From Lama glama (Eukaryota), in assembly GCA_028534125.1 (NCBI GenBank), contig CM052832.1:6760001-6824000 (forward strand): a DNA stretch of 64,000 nucleotides, read 5' to 3'. The notes beneath the pieces were generated by a model. It was not told the DNA's origin. It searched no databases and saw only the letters and a program-made list of their open reading frames with translations. How positions within the stretch are numbered: position 1 is the first letter of the stretch; every line of letters begins with the position of its first letter. This document shows, piece after piece, positions 13,280 to 25,790 of the stretch. A program made the position numbers and the translations under genes.

Positions 13280-14078
13280 ACTTGGTTCTTTAAAAATGCA
13301 AAACATTAACTTACCATCCAACCCAGTGACTCCTCTCCTGGGTGCGTACCTGAAAGAAGTGAGAACAGGTCTCAAACGAATACATGTTTGTATACACATG
13401 TTCACAACAGCACTGCTCACAATAGCCAAAGGGTAGAAACAACCCAAATGTCCAAAACTGGGTGAACAGATATATATAAATGGTGGTCTGTCCATTCAGT
13501 GGAATGTTACTCAGCCACAAAAAGGAGTGAAGTACTGAGACATGCTGCACCATGGAGGAATCTTGAAAACATTATGCTAAGTGAAAGACGCTAGATACAA
13601 CGTATTACCTGTTTTATGAGTCCATGTTTATGAAATGTCCAGAAGAGGTAAATCCATAGAAAACAGAAAGCAGGTGAGTGGTTGCCGTGGTCTGACGAGA
13701 GGCAGAAATGGTAGTAACTGTTTAATGGGTACAGGGTTTCCTTTGATGATAAAAATACCATAATAATAAAAACTAAATAAAAGTGGTGATTGTGCAACAT
13801 TGGGAATGGATTAAACGCCACTGAAATTGTTCCCTTTAAAATGGTCTAAACAACAGGTTTCTACCGTATAGCACAGGGAACTATATTCCGTATCTTATAG
13901 TAACCTATAATGAAAAAGAATATGAAAATGAATATTTGTATGTATATGTTTGACTGAACTATTATGCTGCACACCAGAAATGGACACAACATTGTAAACT
14001 GACTATAATAAAAAAAATGAAACCATAAAAAAATTTTTTTAATGGTCTAATTTCATGTTGTGTGAATATCACCTCAAT
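13280..14078 (+). mobile_element. Old L1 3' end (L1MB/MC-like) carrying a nested younger L1
   Basis: ttaccatccaacccag...ctcctggg...cacaatagccaaagggtagaaacaacccaaatgtcc...gaaaacattatgctaagtgaaagacg; resumes after 14050 (tttcatgttgtgtgaatatcacctcaat). Confidence 0.85.
13850..14040 (+). mobile_element. Artiodactyl-type L1 extreme 3' end, nested, 10-bp TSD
   Basis: caacaggtttctaccgtatagcacagggaactatatt...cacaacattgtaaactgactata plus A tail; AATGGTCTAA at 13840-13849 and 14041-14050. Confidence 0.85.
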
Positions 14079-14184
14079 TAGAAAGAAAGAGAGAGAGAAG
14101 GGAGAAAGATAGGAAGGAAGGAAGGAAAAACTCATGGTGGGGAGGGAGGGGGAAGGGAGGGGAGGGGGAGGAGGGGAAGCTGTG

Positions 14185-14349
14185 GGGACCAGCAACATCA
14201 CCATCACCTGGGGACTCGTTAGCAATGCAGATCCTCAGGCCCTGCCCCCCATCGACTGACTGACCGAGAACTCCAGGAGTGGGGCCCAGCAGTCTGCCTT
14301 AGTAAGCTTCCCAGGTAATTCTTGTGCAGCTCAAGGTTGAGAACCACTG
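14185..14349. mobile_element. MER5A-like hAT MITE
   Basis: ggaccagcaacatcaccatcacctgggg...aatgcagatcctcaggccc...gggcccagcagtctg...ttgagaaccactg. Confidence 0.8.
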
Positions 14350-14530
14350 TTTTAAGGCCCAAAGAAGATAACTGAGCACATGGGGTGTGGTCACAGTAAT
14401 TATAATTGCAGCCTGGCCCCTTGGTTCATCCGTCACAGGCTAAAAGCGGCGAGACTCTGCATCTTAGTGAAACAACATGGCCCCTCCGAGGCCAGAATGA
14501 ATAATGTGTCTTCATTCCTCCTCTGTTTGA

Positions 14531-14797
<267 letters not shown>

Positions 14798-15574
14798 TAA
14801 CATCTGCGTTTCTAATGGATTTATCGCTCTATGTGGACAGCAAGGGGGATGCCGAGGGAAAATGCAGTGTCAGACTTTGTTCCTGTTCGAAAGCAGCCCA
14901 GGAACCGGCACTCACACGCCAGTCCGTGCAACTTCCAGATTGCTAGGCAGGTATTTTAGGATTGCCAAGTGCTAACTGATTCTTCTCTCCAGACCATAGG
15001 GACATCTTTTCCTCAGAACAAGCTGGCACAAGGCACCTATGCCATGCAAGCTTGCTTTCTGCTGCCATGGGTGTGCCCAGGAACCCTCTGCTACAGAGGG
15101 CCTGAGAGGCTTCACCTTGGCCTCTCAGGCCCCAAGAAGCCAATCACAACAGGCTCTAACTTTAGAAAAAGCTATGGTCATTTTGTTCCAGCGTTGGTCA
15201 GTGTAGCTTGGATGCTGTCGTGTTCACTGCAGCGTGGTATTCCACGGGGTGAGTCCAGCACCACTCTGTGCTCACCACCCTCCCACTGATGGACATTTAG
15301 ATGGCTTCCCATTTCCTGTCATTATGGGCAGAGCCGCAGTTAACATTCTCATGCCCAGCTCCTATGCACTTGTCCAAAAGTTTCTTTATGTTTTATACCT
15401 AGAGGTGATACTATCCACAGTTTCAGCAGATGGTGCCACCTTGCCCTCCAAAGTGTTTTTCCTATATTACAGCAGGAGGGGACGTGGTTTAAAGTTGGGG
15501 GCCCAAACCAGGTGACAGCAGAGGTGTTAGGCACCATAGGTCCAAGATGAATAATGGCCATTGTGTTTGCCTTC

Positions 15575-15720
15575 TCTGTTGGTTCTCCTGGAGGGAGAGG
15601 GGGCTGATCGCACCCCAGAAGATTCTCATTTACTTGGTTTGGGTCAAATCATGCAACGGTATTTTTTAAAATCTCCCCAGGTGATTGTGATGTGCAGATG
15701 AGCTCAAGAACCACTGGTAG
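15575..15720. mobile_element. MER5-like MITE
   Basis: tttttaaaatctccccaggtgattgtgatgtgcag...agaaccactg. Confidence 0.6.
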
Positions 15721-17099
15721 CCAAATGCCAAACGCCAGGGGTGATAAGTTAATAATGAGTTCTTACCAGTATTTCTTACTGTGGTCAGGAAAACATTTGG
15801 ATCAGCATCTCCCACCCCAGAAATCTGCAGTTTTAATAAGCACACACGTTGATTCTCACATATACTGAGATTTCAGGCTCCTTGGTGTGACGCCAACCCA
15901 CTGTCCTGGATCATCCAGACTCGGGTTCCTGGGAACTTGTGATGCTAAAACCAGGAGATTCCCAGGCAGTTCAGGAAAAGCTGGTCATCCTACTGGGTCT
16001 TCAGGTTGGGATGAGGCTGATTTGATTAATGAGTACTCCCTGCAAGAGAATTCCTGGCTGCCCCATGTGTGGCCTTAAATTACAGCACTTTTAAGAGCAA
16101 GGTCATTGGGGGGGTTCTTTGTAATCGCCATCCAGTCACTCTGCTTCTAGGGCCATTTAAAATGGCCATGGGTTTCACCATCGAAGAGCCATTATGAGAA
16201 GCACTGCTAAGGTGGTGATGAAAAAAGCAACAGAATAATAAGGGAGTTGCTTGTGAAGTGTGGCTTCCTTGAAAGTCTAGTCCATTTACAGGAATTCTGA
16301 GCTTATGTGCTTCCATGCAAAGAGAGCCACATGTGTGATATGTGCAAAGGTTGTCGAGTGTATAAAGTAAGTCAGGTCTGCTCAGGTCAAGCCTTGTGAC
16401 CCAGTTCCCCTAGGAACTCAGGACAGCGGGTGAGCACAACCCTAAAAAGGACCGATGAGAGCCGCAGTCCTTGGAGCTGCTGGTTTGATTCCCAAGCACA
16501 GATGTTAACGAGGTATGAACAAAGCCACAGCTGAACACCTTGTATGGCTGTTTCAAATGTCAGCAAACAGAGCTCTACATAGAATCATTAACGTCTTGGC
16601 TAGAGAGCCTAGGAGTCACTGGCCGACTTGCCTTTTACAGGAGGGGAAATCAAGGCCCAGGGATGGGGGAGCGGGAATGACCTGCTGAAAACAGGGCCAG
16701 GGTTCTTCCTACCTCACTCTTCATAGAGGAGGCTCAGGCTAAGACAGACTTTCAGATCCCAGCTAGCCTCTGGTCCACTCACTTGGAGCCTGTAATCCAG
16801 TAAATTCAAATCGTTTTTCTATCCAGAGCCAGAGTGAAAATTTATTTACTCTTAATGGCCACAAAGCCTGATGCAAAGACAAGATAAGGTCTGGAGGGCA
16901 CTGTGGGGGACGGGGGTGACCTGGGACTGACAGAGGCGGGAGGAGTGGATACAGTGGGAACTAGACCTCAGAAGGGATGTCACAGAGCCTGGTACAGAAG
17001 AGGCGGCAAGTAAGAAGGAAACGGTCTTAAAGAGCCAGAAAAAGATGGAGTTCTTTTTAGAGTTGTGAATAATTTATCAATTGTTAAAAATGTGTGCCT

Positions 17100-17355
17100 T
17101 AAAAAACAAACTTATGGTTACCAAAGGGGAAAGGGGGTGGGAGAGGGATAAATTAGGAGTTTGGGATAGCAGATACAAACTACTGTATATAAAATAGATA
17201 AACAACAAGGCCCTACTGTATAGCACAGGGAACTATATCCAATATCTTGTGATGGCCTATAGTGAAAAGAAAATATATACATATATATATATATATATAT
17301 GAATCACTATGCTTGTACACCAGAAATTAGCACAACATTGCAAATCAGCTATACT
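17100..17355 (+). mobile_element. Artiodactyl-type L1 3' end
   Basis: aaacaaacttatggttaccaaaggggaaa...gggataaattaggagtttggga...ctactgtatagcacagggaactata, with internal (TA)n. Confidence 0.88.
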
Positions 17356-18089
17356 GCAGAGAGGTGAACGCCCTTCCCCAAGGTGACACAGCTGGTTGGG
17401 AGCAGAAACCAGTGTCAGCCCTGGCTCTTCTGACCACCACTTGGCCAGATCCAATGGCCTTCTGTTAAGGCTCCTGGCTGCCTGGGTGGACTTGAGGCCG
17501 GCTCTGCTCGGACACAGGCAGAACATTTATCCCAACCCATTGACAATCATCTCTAACACCCCCATAACTTCCAGGAAGCCTAACGCTGGGTCTGGGTAAG
17601 TGTGCAAACGAAGATGTGTGTGCTGTGTGTGTGAGGAGAGGTATGGAAGGTCTCCTGCTCTTTCCGGATGCCTGATGCTGTGTCCCGTGGAACAGCCGCA
17701 GTTTGGCTGTCTTCTCTTGATGTGTCTCTCTCTCTCCATTCCTTGCCAGCAGTTTGAGGCTGTTTCTCTTTATTTAGTTATCCATTTGTCCTTTTCCGGT
17801 ATCCCTGAAGCTTCTACACCCCACACAGAGGAATGATTTATATCCAACAACTAAGTTGAAAATATCACAGAGGTTATAGTGGAGGCCGGGGCCTCTGGCG
17901 GCTGTTTCAGCTGCAGTGATGAGACAGTGGGGCCCCGCCCTGCATCCCCTCACCTGCATCTCTGCTCCCTCACCCCCAACCAGGTGCCAGGGCTGGGAAT
18001 TACTCCTTCAGTCTCCTTCTGACCTGACTCGTTCCACAAAAGCTCACTTCTCCTTGTGGTTAATTTTCTATCATTCAGCTTTCTGTCTT

Positions 18090-18205
18090 CCCTGCTTTTG
18101 GAGGGGAGAAGGCATGTTTTATTCATTCTGGTATTCCCAGTGCCTGATAGTTTGCACACAGAAGATGCTCATTAAACACTGAATGAATGAATGAATGAAT
18201 GAATG
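18090..18205 (+). mobile_element. L2 3' end with (TGAA)n tail
   Basis: tattcccagtgcctg...cacagaagatgctcattaaacac followed by tgaatgaatgaatgaatgaatgaatg. Confidence 0.75.
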
Positions 18206-19229
18206 TGTGAAGATACCAGAGCTATTAGCCCTAGAGATAATTTCTTCACTGGCAAGTTGTTGCTGTCTTACGGCTTTAGCCAGACTGAGTCAGACAGCAC
18301 TAAATGAATGTTTTTCCCACCAAAAGGACTGAGCATTTCCACTTGGGAAAAAAAAATGACTTAGTAAAATTCATTTTTAATCCTTAGGCAGAATCATTTC
18401 AGTAACAAATTATAAGTCATTCCATGTTAAGGGATGGCTACCTCAGTTCCAGGAATAGAGAAATAAATTAGAATGGGAACAGAGGAAAGCAACTTAGATG
18501 ATCAAAGGAGAGGAGTTTTGCTTCCTTTGGAGGAGTGACTAATGGTGCTAAATTGGTCGAGCTGAGTGACTGAGAAGGGATGCAGAAATCTAAGGATGCT
18601 GAGGAACAGCAAGTCTAAAGAAAGAGCAGCTCAGAGCCGGGATCCAGGGTGAGACGGTACTCAGGTCTGGGATCACTTTGGTGGACGCAGGGGCTTGTTG
18701 GAGTTTTGACACATGTAGCTGCCCGTGGAAATGCAGCGACGTGGGTCATCACGACCCTTTCATGCAGGGTAAACGAGAGCGTGAGGACACGGGCCTCAGC
18801 TCAGACAGGAGGGGGCAAGACAGCACCTTGTTCTTGAAGAAAGGAGCACCTGTGAACCTCTTCCAGAGAGGACAACTCAAGCCCCCTGGAACTTCTAAAG
18901 GGGCCCACGAAACAAGCATGGCGGGAAAACGCAACCACAGAGGAACCACGATGAAACCCGAGCCTGTGGGTTCCTCTGAAACCCTTAGTGGGATGTGACA
19001 ACAGGAGACCAGAGTCACCTAACTGGAGAAGCATCTCTCTGTTCTGTTTATTATCGTGAGAGTAAGTGCATGGTCTGCAAAATATGAGAGGCATGATTGC
19101 AAACATTTTTCATCGCTGTCTCCATGACTGTATATTCTGGTTTTGATTCAGAAAGTAAGGAAAATAGATATTAGGGGGAAAATGTAAATGGAAGCGATGG
19201 CTAAAGCTTACATACAGCAATTAATATAT

Positions 19230-19385
19230 GTCCGGCGTTGTGTTAAACAGCTTACTACATAGATGATCTCATTTAATGCTTACTGCGACCCCAGGAGACA
19301 GGTGTTACTCTCCTCATTTGTACAGCTGGGGCATGTGAGGCACAGGGTGGTGAAGGAATTTGCCTAAGGCGACACAGCTAGTAAG
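19230..19385 (-). mobile_element. MIR SINE
   Basis: atctcatttaatgct...gaggcacagggtggtgaaggaatttgcctaaggcgacacagctagtaag. Confidence 0.75.
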
Positions 19386-21287
19386 TTAAAATGGTCCCTC
19401 TGCCCCTGGAAAGAAACAGAAAGGATTAATGGAGCCAGCACCCTTGCCCTTGAGAGGTGGAAGGTCTGAGAAACCAGATAGATCTCTTAAAGAACAAAAT
19501 TAATTTCTCCAGAAGAAGTTCAAGATTGTTGCCAAAGAATGTTTTAAAAATACAAAACACCTTAGACATTCTGTCCCTCCAGATTGCGTTTCTCTGCTTA
19601 TTGGCATCTCGGAAAACAGATCCACTGCGTCGGTTCCTTTAAGCTTGATTTTTTCCTCTAGTATCAAGCAGGACATGTGGATCAGAATTTGCCATCCTCT
19701 GCTGTTTAAAGGGCAGGTCTCTCCCCTATAAAACAGAAGCTTTCTGCATTTATATCAGTCCCCCGGTGAATTTAGAGAAGCCCACCGTTTAACAATGATC
19801 TGGACAAAATAAGATGAGCTTTGACCTAGTGGAGAATGAATTGGATATTCACTTTTGTTTATTTCATAGTGCCCATTGTTCCAGGCTCCAGAAAGACTAT
19901 AGTGCTGTGTTCTTTGTGGATGTAAAACGAAATAGGAAAAACAAAACCCAGCCCAGCAAAGCAGCTTATCTGTGCTCGTCAGCAAAATGGCAAAATGGAG
20001 ATGCCCGTGGCAGTAGATGGGTGGTAAATCAGAGATGGGACGTGAAATGCCAGCCTATTCTGCTCTCTAGGATGGCTCTGGAAGGTCAAGTTCATTGTCA
20101 CTGGAAATGCCTGCAGGGAGAGAGATGAAAAGTCATTGTCTGGTCCCCTTTTTCCCCCTACTATTTTTAGCTCTTGCTAGGGAGATCAATTTTAGTTAAC
20201 TGCAAAGGAGGGCTTAAAATGGCACTGGAGTTTCAAGTTGCGTACATCTGCTATATTTAGATTTTTTTTCCCAAATTCTTCTCTATCAAAACATGCCAGA
20301 GTAAAGCAGTTTTGCTGGTTTGCTGCTCAGTATACATTGTTTCCCTCAAATGGAAAATAGATTTCACTAATTCGTGTCACTTACAAGGAAGAAACATTTT
20401 CCATTCCAGGCTCATTGACTGGAAGGTAGAGAAAATTCCATTTTTAAAATATAGATGAACACCTATATTTGGGATGCCTGTGGTATGACCAGTTATATAA
20501 GCCCCGGTTCTTGTCTGACAATTGCTATATTCTGATCACAGACATAAAAAGCAAATAAAACAGCCAGTCCCAGTGTCCCAGTGCAGTCTCTGTGCGTCAT
20601 TGCCCGCCCGAGGGACGCAGATTCGTAAGCCCGGAACATACACTCCTAATTTTCTACCTCTTTTGGAAGAATTTTCCCTGGAGGTGGAAATGTTTAAAGG
20701 GCTTTTCTTATTAGCATTATACTTCACAGTTATCTTCAGTCAGTATTGAGTAGTAATATGAAGCATTTCCTTTACTTATTTCACAAGTGAAATAAGCACG
20801 TTGTAGAGAAATTGGCACGTAACCAAAATGCGGGCACGGGTGTGCGCGTGCGCGGTCGTGCGCATCCCCACAGCTGTTCCCGGAGCCCGGCCCCTCATAC
20901 CGGGAAAGGTGGAACAGAGTGATCATTCGCACAGAGGACAACCTTCTGAGTCTGTGGCCAAGTGCACAGAAAGCCCGTCCATACCGCTCTTCGTTTCTGC
21001 GCGTCTGTGCTGTCCTCTCGCCCCGGAGCACCAGCACCACATTGCAGCCTTCAGAGACCGCAAGTCCCTCCTTTGTCTGTGTCTTCCCACCCATCTCCCT
21101 CTGTGGTTCCGTTGGTTCCTTACCTCCGCTCTAAGGGTCCACTCCTTTGTCTCAACCACTAACTCAGGTCCTCAGTCCGTTGTCCCCATGGCGTCCTTTA
21201 GGTCCTAACTGACTTAGGAGGGAGTGAAGATAAATAGTCCCTTTAGCTAGTCCTAGAGGAAAACCTCAAAGAGAAGCAAACTCTTCT

Positions 21288-21724
21288 CTTTTTTTAAATT
21301 GAAGTATGGTTGATTAACATTATATTAATTTCAGGTGTACAGCATAGCAATTCAGTTTTTTATAGGTTATATTCCATTAAAAGTTATTACAAACTAATGG
21401 CTCTAATTCCCTATGCTGTTCAATATGTCCTTGTTACTTATCCCTTTCATACACCGTAGTTTGTATTCTTAATCCCACACCCCTATGTTTTTTCTCCCCT
21501 TTTCCTTCTCCTCACTGGCATCTACTAGTTGGTTCTCTGTATCTGTGAGTCGGTTTCTGTTCTGTTATATTCATTTGTTTTATTTTTTAGATTCCACATA
21601 TAAGTGATACCATGTAGTATTTGTCTTTCTCTGTTTTATTTCACTAAGCATAATATTTACTGGGTCTATCTACATTGCTGAAAATGGCAGAATTTCATTC
21701 TTGTTTATGGCTGAGTAATATTTC

Positions 21725-21767
<43 letters not shown>

Positions 21768-22050
21768 ACACCACATCTTTGATGAGCATTGGATTGCTTC
21801 CAAATCTTGGCTATTGGAGATAATGCTGCTGTGAACGTGGGGGTGCGTGTATCTTTTCAAATTAGTGTTTTAATTTTTCCCGGATAAACACCCAGGAGTG
21901 GAATGGCTGGATCGCGTGGTAGTTCTAGCTTTAGTTCTTTGAGGAACCTCCATGCTGTTTTCCATAGTGGCGGCACCAATTTACATCCCCACCAATAGTA
22001 TTCAAGGTTTCCCTTTCCTCCACATCCTCACCAGTATTTGTTATTTGTAA
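21288..22050 (-). mobile_element. Artiodactyl-type L1 3' end with internal (TG)19
   Basis: Poly-T start ttttttaaattgaagtatggttgatt...tagattccacatataagtga...gaggaacctccatgctgttttccatagtggc; TG repeat at 21727-21764. Confidence 0.9.
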
Positions 22051-22368
22051 GAAATGGAACTTTTTGATGATCAATGGAGGTGAGTGAGGAAGAAGACCTC
22101 TGACCACTCACGTCCATCTTCTTCTCCTGACGTGCACTTATCCCAGACCTACTGCGGCAGGGAAGTCCGTGCACAGCCCTGATGTCTTTTCTGTGGTGGT
22201 AGTGGTTTACCTGGACTTGTTCTCAGAACTGCCAGTGAAATAGTTGGGTTGGTCTGTGCTTTGCTTTAGACCCTATGCCACCCAGGCTTCGAGGGCATCC
22301 TTTGACAGAAGCAGCTGTTATAGAAAGAAAAGGGACAGAGTTGCTGCTAAGTGATCCGCCCTGCCCTC

Positions 22369-22868
22369 NNNNNNNNNNNNNNNNNNNNNNNNNNNNNNNN
22401 NNNNNNNNNNNNNNNNNNNNNNNNNNNNNNNNNNNNNNNNNNNNNNNNNNNNNNNNNNNNNNNNNNNNNNNNNNNNNNNNNNNNNNNNNNNNNNNNNNNN
22501 NNNNNNNNNNNNNNNNNNNNNNNNNNNNNNNNNNNNNNNNNNNNNNNNNNNNNNNNNNNNNNNNNNNNNNNNNNNNNNNNNNNNNNNNNNNNNNNNNNNN
22601 NNNNNNNNNNNNNNNNNNNNNNNNNNNNNNNNNNNNNNNNNNNNNNNNNNNNNNNNNNNNNNNNNNNNNNNNNNNNNNNNNNNNNNNNNNNNNNNNNNNN
22701 NNNNNNNNNNNNNNNNNNNNNNNNNNNNNNNNNNNNNNNNNNNNNNNNNNNNNNNNNNNNNNNNNNNNNNNNNNNNNNNNNNNNNNNNNNNNNNNNNNNN
22801 NNNNNNNNNNNNNNNNNNNNNNNNNNNNNNNNNNNNNNNNNNNNNNNNNNNNNNNNNNNNNNNNNNNN
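22369..22868. other. Assembly gap (500 N)
   Basis: Run of N; the round length suggests a placeholder of unknown true size. Confidence 1.
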
Positions 22869-23549
22869 GTGGCTCTGCATGCAAGGGTCCTGCTGGAGAG
22901 GCTCTTGGCACTTGCCTTGAGAAGCCATTGCCCATTCTTAAAATTCAGCGTGGATTAATAACTGACACTAACCCTTCCCTGTTCGGCTCTGGACTCGCTG
23001 AGTGTTAAATAAGAAGTAAGACAGATGAGATCAATAACGCCAGCTTGGTTTCTGATTAAAGGCAGAAGCCGAGAAGGCGGCCATGGTGAGCTTCAGCCAG
23101 GGCTTCCCAGAACTGAAATTCGGAGCCATGCGGCCTCATTCTCACTCTGTTACAGAGACGGAAAATGTCTGGCTGCTCCGCAGGGCAGAGTCTTTTCTGC
23201 TGGGCTCAGCACGTGGCTGAGAGCAGAGCAGAGCCCTTTGTAGGCCAGGATGGATCAAGAGAAAGATGCTGGAGGGTGAGCTGGCATTTCCAGTTTCCTG
23301 TCCCTGCAGGTACCTGAGGGATGTCACTCCTCTTGCCCTGAAGAGGAGTAGGAGAGAGGCTGGGGAGGGGGTCCTAGTGATGTGCAAATGGAGCTCCCTC
23401 CCCTTGGGAGGAGCCACAGGAACTGAAGAAGTATCCACTGTAATGTAGCACGTGAGCAGGGAAGAAAAGAGGGAAAAACACCAAAGGCAATTCGCTCCAA
23501 CTCAATAGTAGTGGTTTAGTTTGCTTTGGAACAGAGCCCTTATATGACC

Positions 23550-24098
23550 TGTGCCCCACTTATCAACTATTGCATAACAAGCTACCCCCAAACCGAGGGC
23601 CTGAAACATCAAGAGTCATTTAGTTGGCTCACGGATTTGCTATTTGAGCAGGGCTCGGGGGGACACCTTGGCTCTGCTTCCTGCAGTGTCACCGCCTGCT
23701 CAGCCTGGGACTTCCGAGATGGTTCACTCGAAACCATCTGTTGGCTGGTGTGGCTGTTGGCTGGGAGCTCAGCGAGGCCATGGCTCCTCTCGGGCGGTGG
23801 AGGGGGAGGCTCTTCGTGGGCTGTTTGGGCTTCCTCACAACATGGAGGCGAGGTTCCAAGAGGGAGCAGCCTGGCAGAGCAAGGTGGAAGTGCCTGGCCT
23901 TTCTGTGACCGACCTCAGAAGTCACACTGCTTACATCTGCCATGGTGCATAGGCAGTCATAAAGGTCTGCCCAGATTTTAGGGGAGGGAACAAAGTGGGA
24001 GCAGTCCTCAGTGGAGGAGGGGCAGGGTTCTAGAAGAGTAATGAGGAGCAGGAAATATTATGCCCATCTTTGCAAAACACAGTCAGTCTGCTCCAACA
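23550..24098 (-). mobile_element. MaLR (MLT1-type) solo LTR
   Basis: ttgcataacaagctacccccaaa...ctcacggattt...gggcttcctcacaacatgg...cctcagaagtcacactg...ccatctttgcaaaa. Confidence 0.75.
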
Positions 24099-24619
24099 CA
24101 TAACTTTCCTGTTGAGAATTCACTTTTACTATGAGTTAGTTAAAGCAAGAAGAAATCCCAGAGGGTCTTTTTTTCCTGGAGTTCAAAGCTACTGTGAGAG
24201 TCGCAGATTAACTCAGTATACAGTTTATAGTTCCTTTATTTTTATAACTTACCAAGTGTTGTCTTCAAAGAGGATTCACTGTCAAGGAGACCCTACCTAG
24301 AATAACTAGCAGTTGGCCAAAACAAAAAGAGGCAAGATGTAGAAGGAATTAAGAGTCTAACTTAATAGCTTAATAGCTAGAGAACAAAGAGTCACTGAAA
24401 ACATGAGTTGCTGCCAAAGTAGATGAAAAGAACAAGTTACAACTAGGCTCCCTTTCTGCGGAGTGTCTTGTGGGAACTGAAAGCAGTGGGACTCGTGAGA
24501 GGCGGGGCTGGACAGTGACTGTGCACACAGGCTTTGAAGTCTTGAGTTCGAATCTTGGCTACGTCACTTACTACGTGTGATCTCAATGTCCTCCTGCGTC
24601 ATCGAGACATTATGAAACC

Positions 24620-24746
24620 GGGGGAGGGTGTAGCTCAGTGGTAGAGCATGTGCTTAGCATGCACGAGGTCCTGGGTTCAATCCCCAGTACCTCCATTAAA
24701 AAAAAAAAAGAAAGAAAAAAAATTTAAATTAAAAAATAAAAAATAA
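24620..24746 (+). mobile_element. tRNA-Ala(AGC)-derived SINE (camelid vic-1 type) with perfect 13-bp TSD, inside a MIR
   Basis: GGGGGAGGGTGTAGCTCAGTGGTAGAGCATGTGCTTAGCATGCACGAGGTCCTGGGTTCAATCCCCAGTACCTCCA plus A tail; ACATTATGAAACC at 24607-24619 and 24747-24759. Confidence 0.93.
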
Positions 24747-25639
24747 ACATTATGAAACCCACAATACAGAGCTGTTGTCCATAATTAAATATTCAGTTTA
24801 CTTGAAGTACTCAGAGCTGTGTCAGGCACTTACTAAGTGCGCAGGAAACAGCTGCTGTTGTGTTTCAGGTGGGTGGCAAGTGTCGGCGATGCCCTCTCTG
24901 TCCTGGCACTGAGAGCTTGCAGGAAAGAGGACAAACGCCTGCCCTTAGGTAGTTTTCAGCTGTGTTGAAAGCTAAAACTTACACAGATTCAACTGTAGGA
25001 GAAAAATGCACATGGGAGCGCGTACCGGACGTTACACAGGTACGTCATCCATAGCCGAGCTGGACGCCGTCCACCCGTCAGTAATGTGTTCGTTGGTCTC
25101 AGACATGCACCCTGAGCTGCAGCAATCACAAAAGAAGTGTGAGTCCTAACTTGAGTGGTTTGGCGTATAAGGCGTCCCCAGACGAAATAACTAGTGGTCA
25201 CACAAAAGGTGCTATCATATAAACGAGTCATTCACGCTGCCCCAGAAAAAGGAAAATCAGAGACCTGATTGAAAAGCCAGCTTGAGATGTTCCTTCTCTC
25301 AGCCGCAGAGGTACAGAAGTGCTTAGGAGGAGGGAGGAAACGGGAGAGAAACTTACCAAGGTGGGGAGCAGTGGTTACAGGGAAAGGGTCGTTCAGCTTT
25401 GAGGACCGGAACGCACAACGCCCAGCTGTTCATTTGAACCATGGGACTCAGCAGGTCATCATCCACACCTCGTCACTCTTTACAGCAGGTACTCCACCTC
25501 CGAGTCGAAGCTCTTGGCGATTATTCAGCTGCTTAATTCTGTAACTGTCATGTAGTGTGACCAGATTCTTTCATCAGATTGAAAACTGGAGATTATTTTG
25601 GAAGCAGCAGTGACCAAAAGACCTTGAATAATCATATCA

Positions 25640-25790
25640 TGCCTCTCGGGAAGGCTCGATAAAATATTGGTCACGTATTTTTTTGGTAGCATCCCAGGAA
25701 GGTGGTGGTTGTTCCCATTTTACTGATGAGGAAAACTGAGGCTGAGAATTGTGACGTACCTCTCAAGGTCACGTTGCTAGTACTCGAGAA
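25640..25790 (-). mobile_element. MIR SINE
   Basis: cccattttactgatgaggaaaactgaggctgaga...aaggtcacgttgctagt. Confidence 0.75.

Noticed and set aside
22275..22958. Long ORFs containing X
   Set aside because: Artefacts of the N gap.
24620..24695. tRNA-Ala(AGC) gene (also at 35331 and 58125)
   Set aside because: Mismatched acceptor stem, A-rich tail, TSDs and multiple copies identify these as SINEs.
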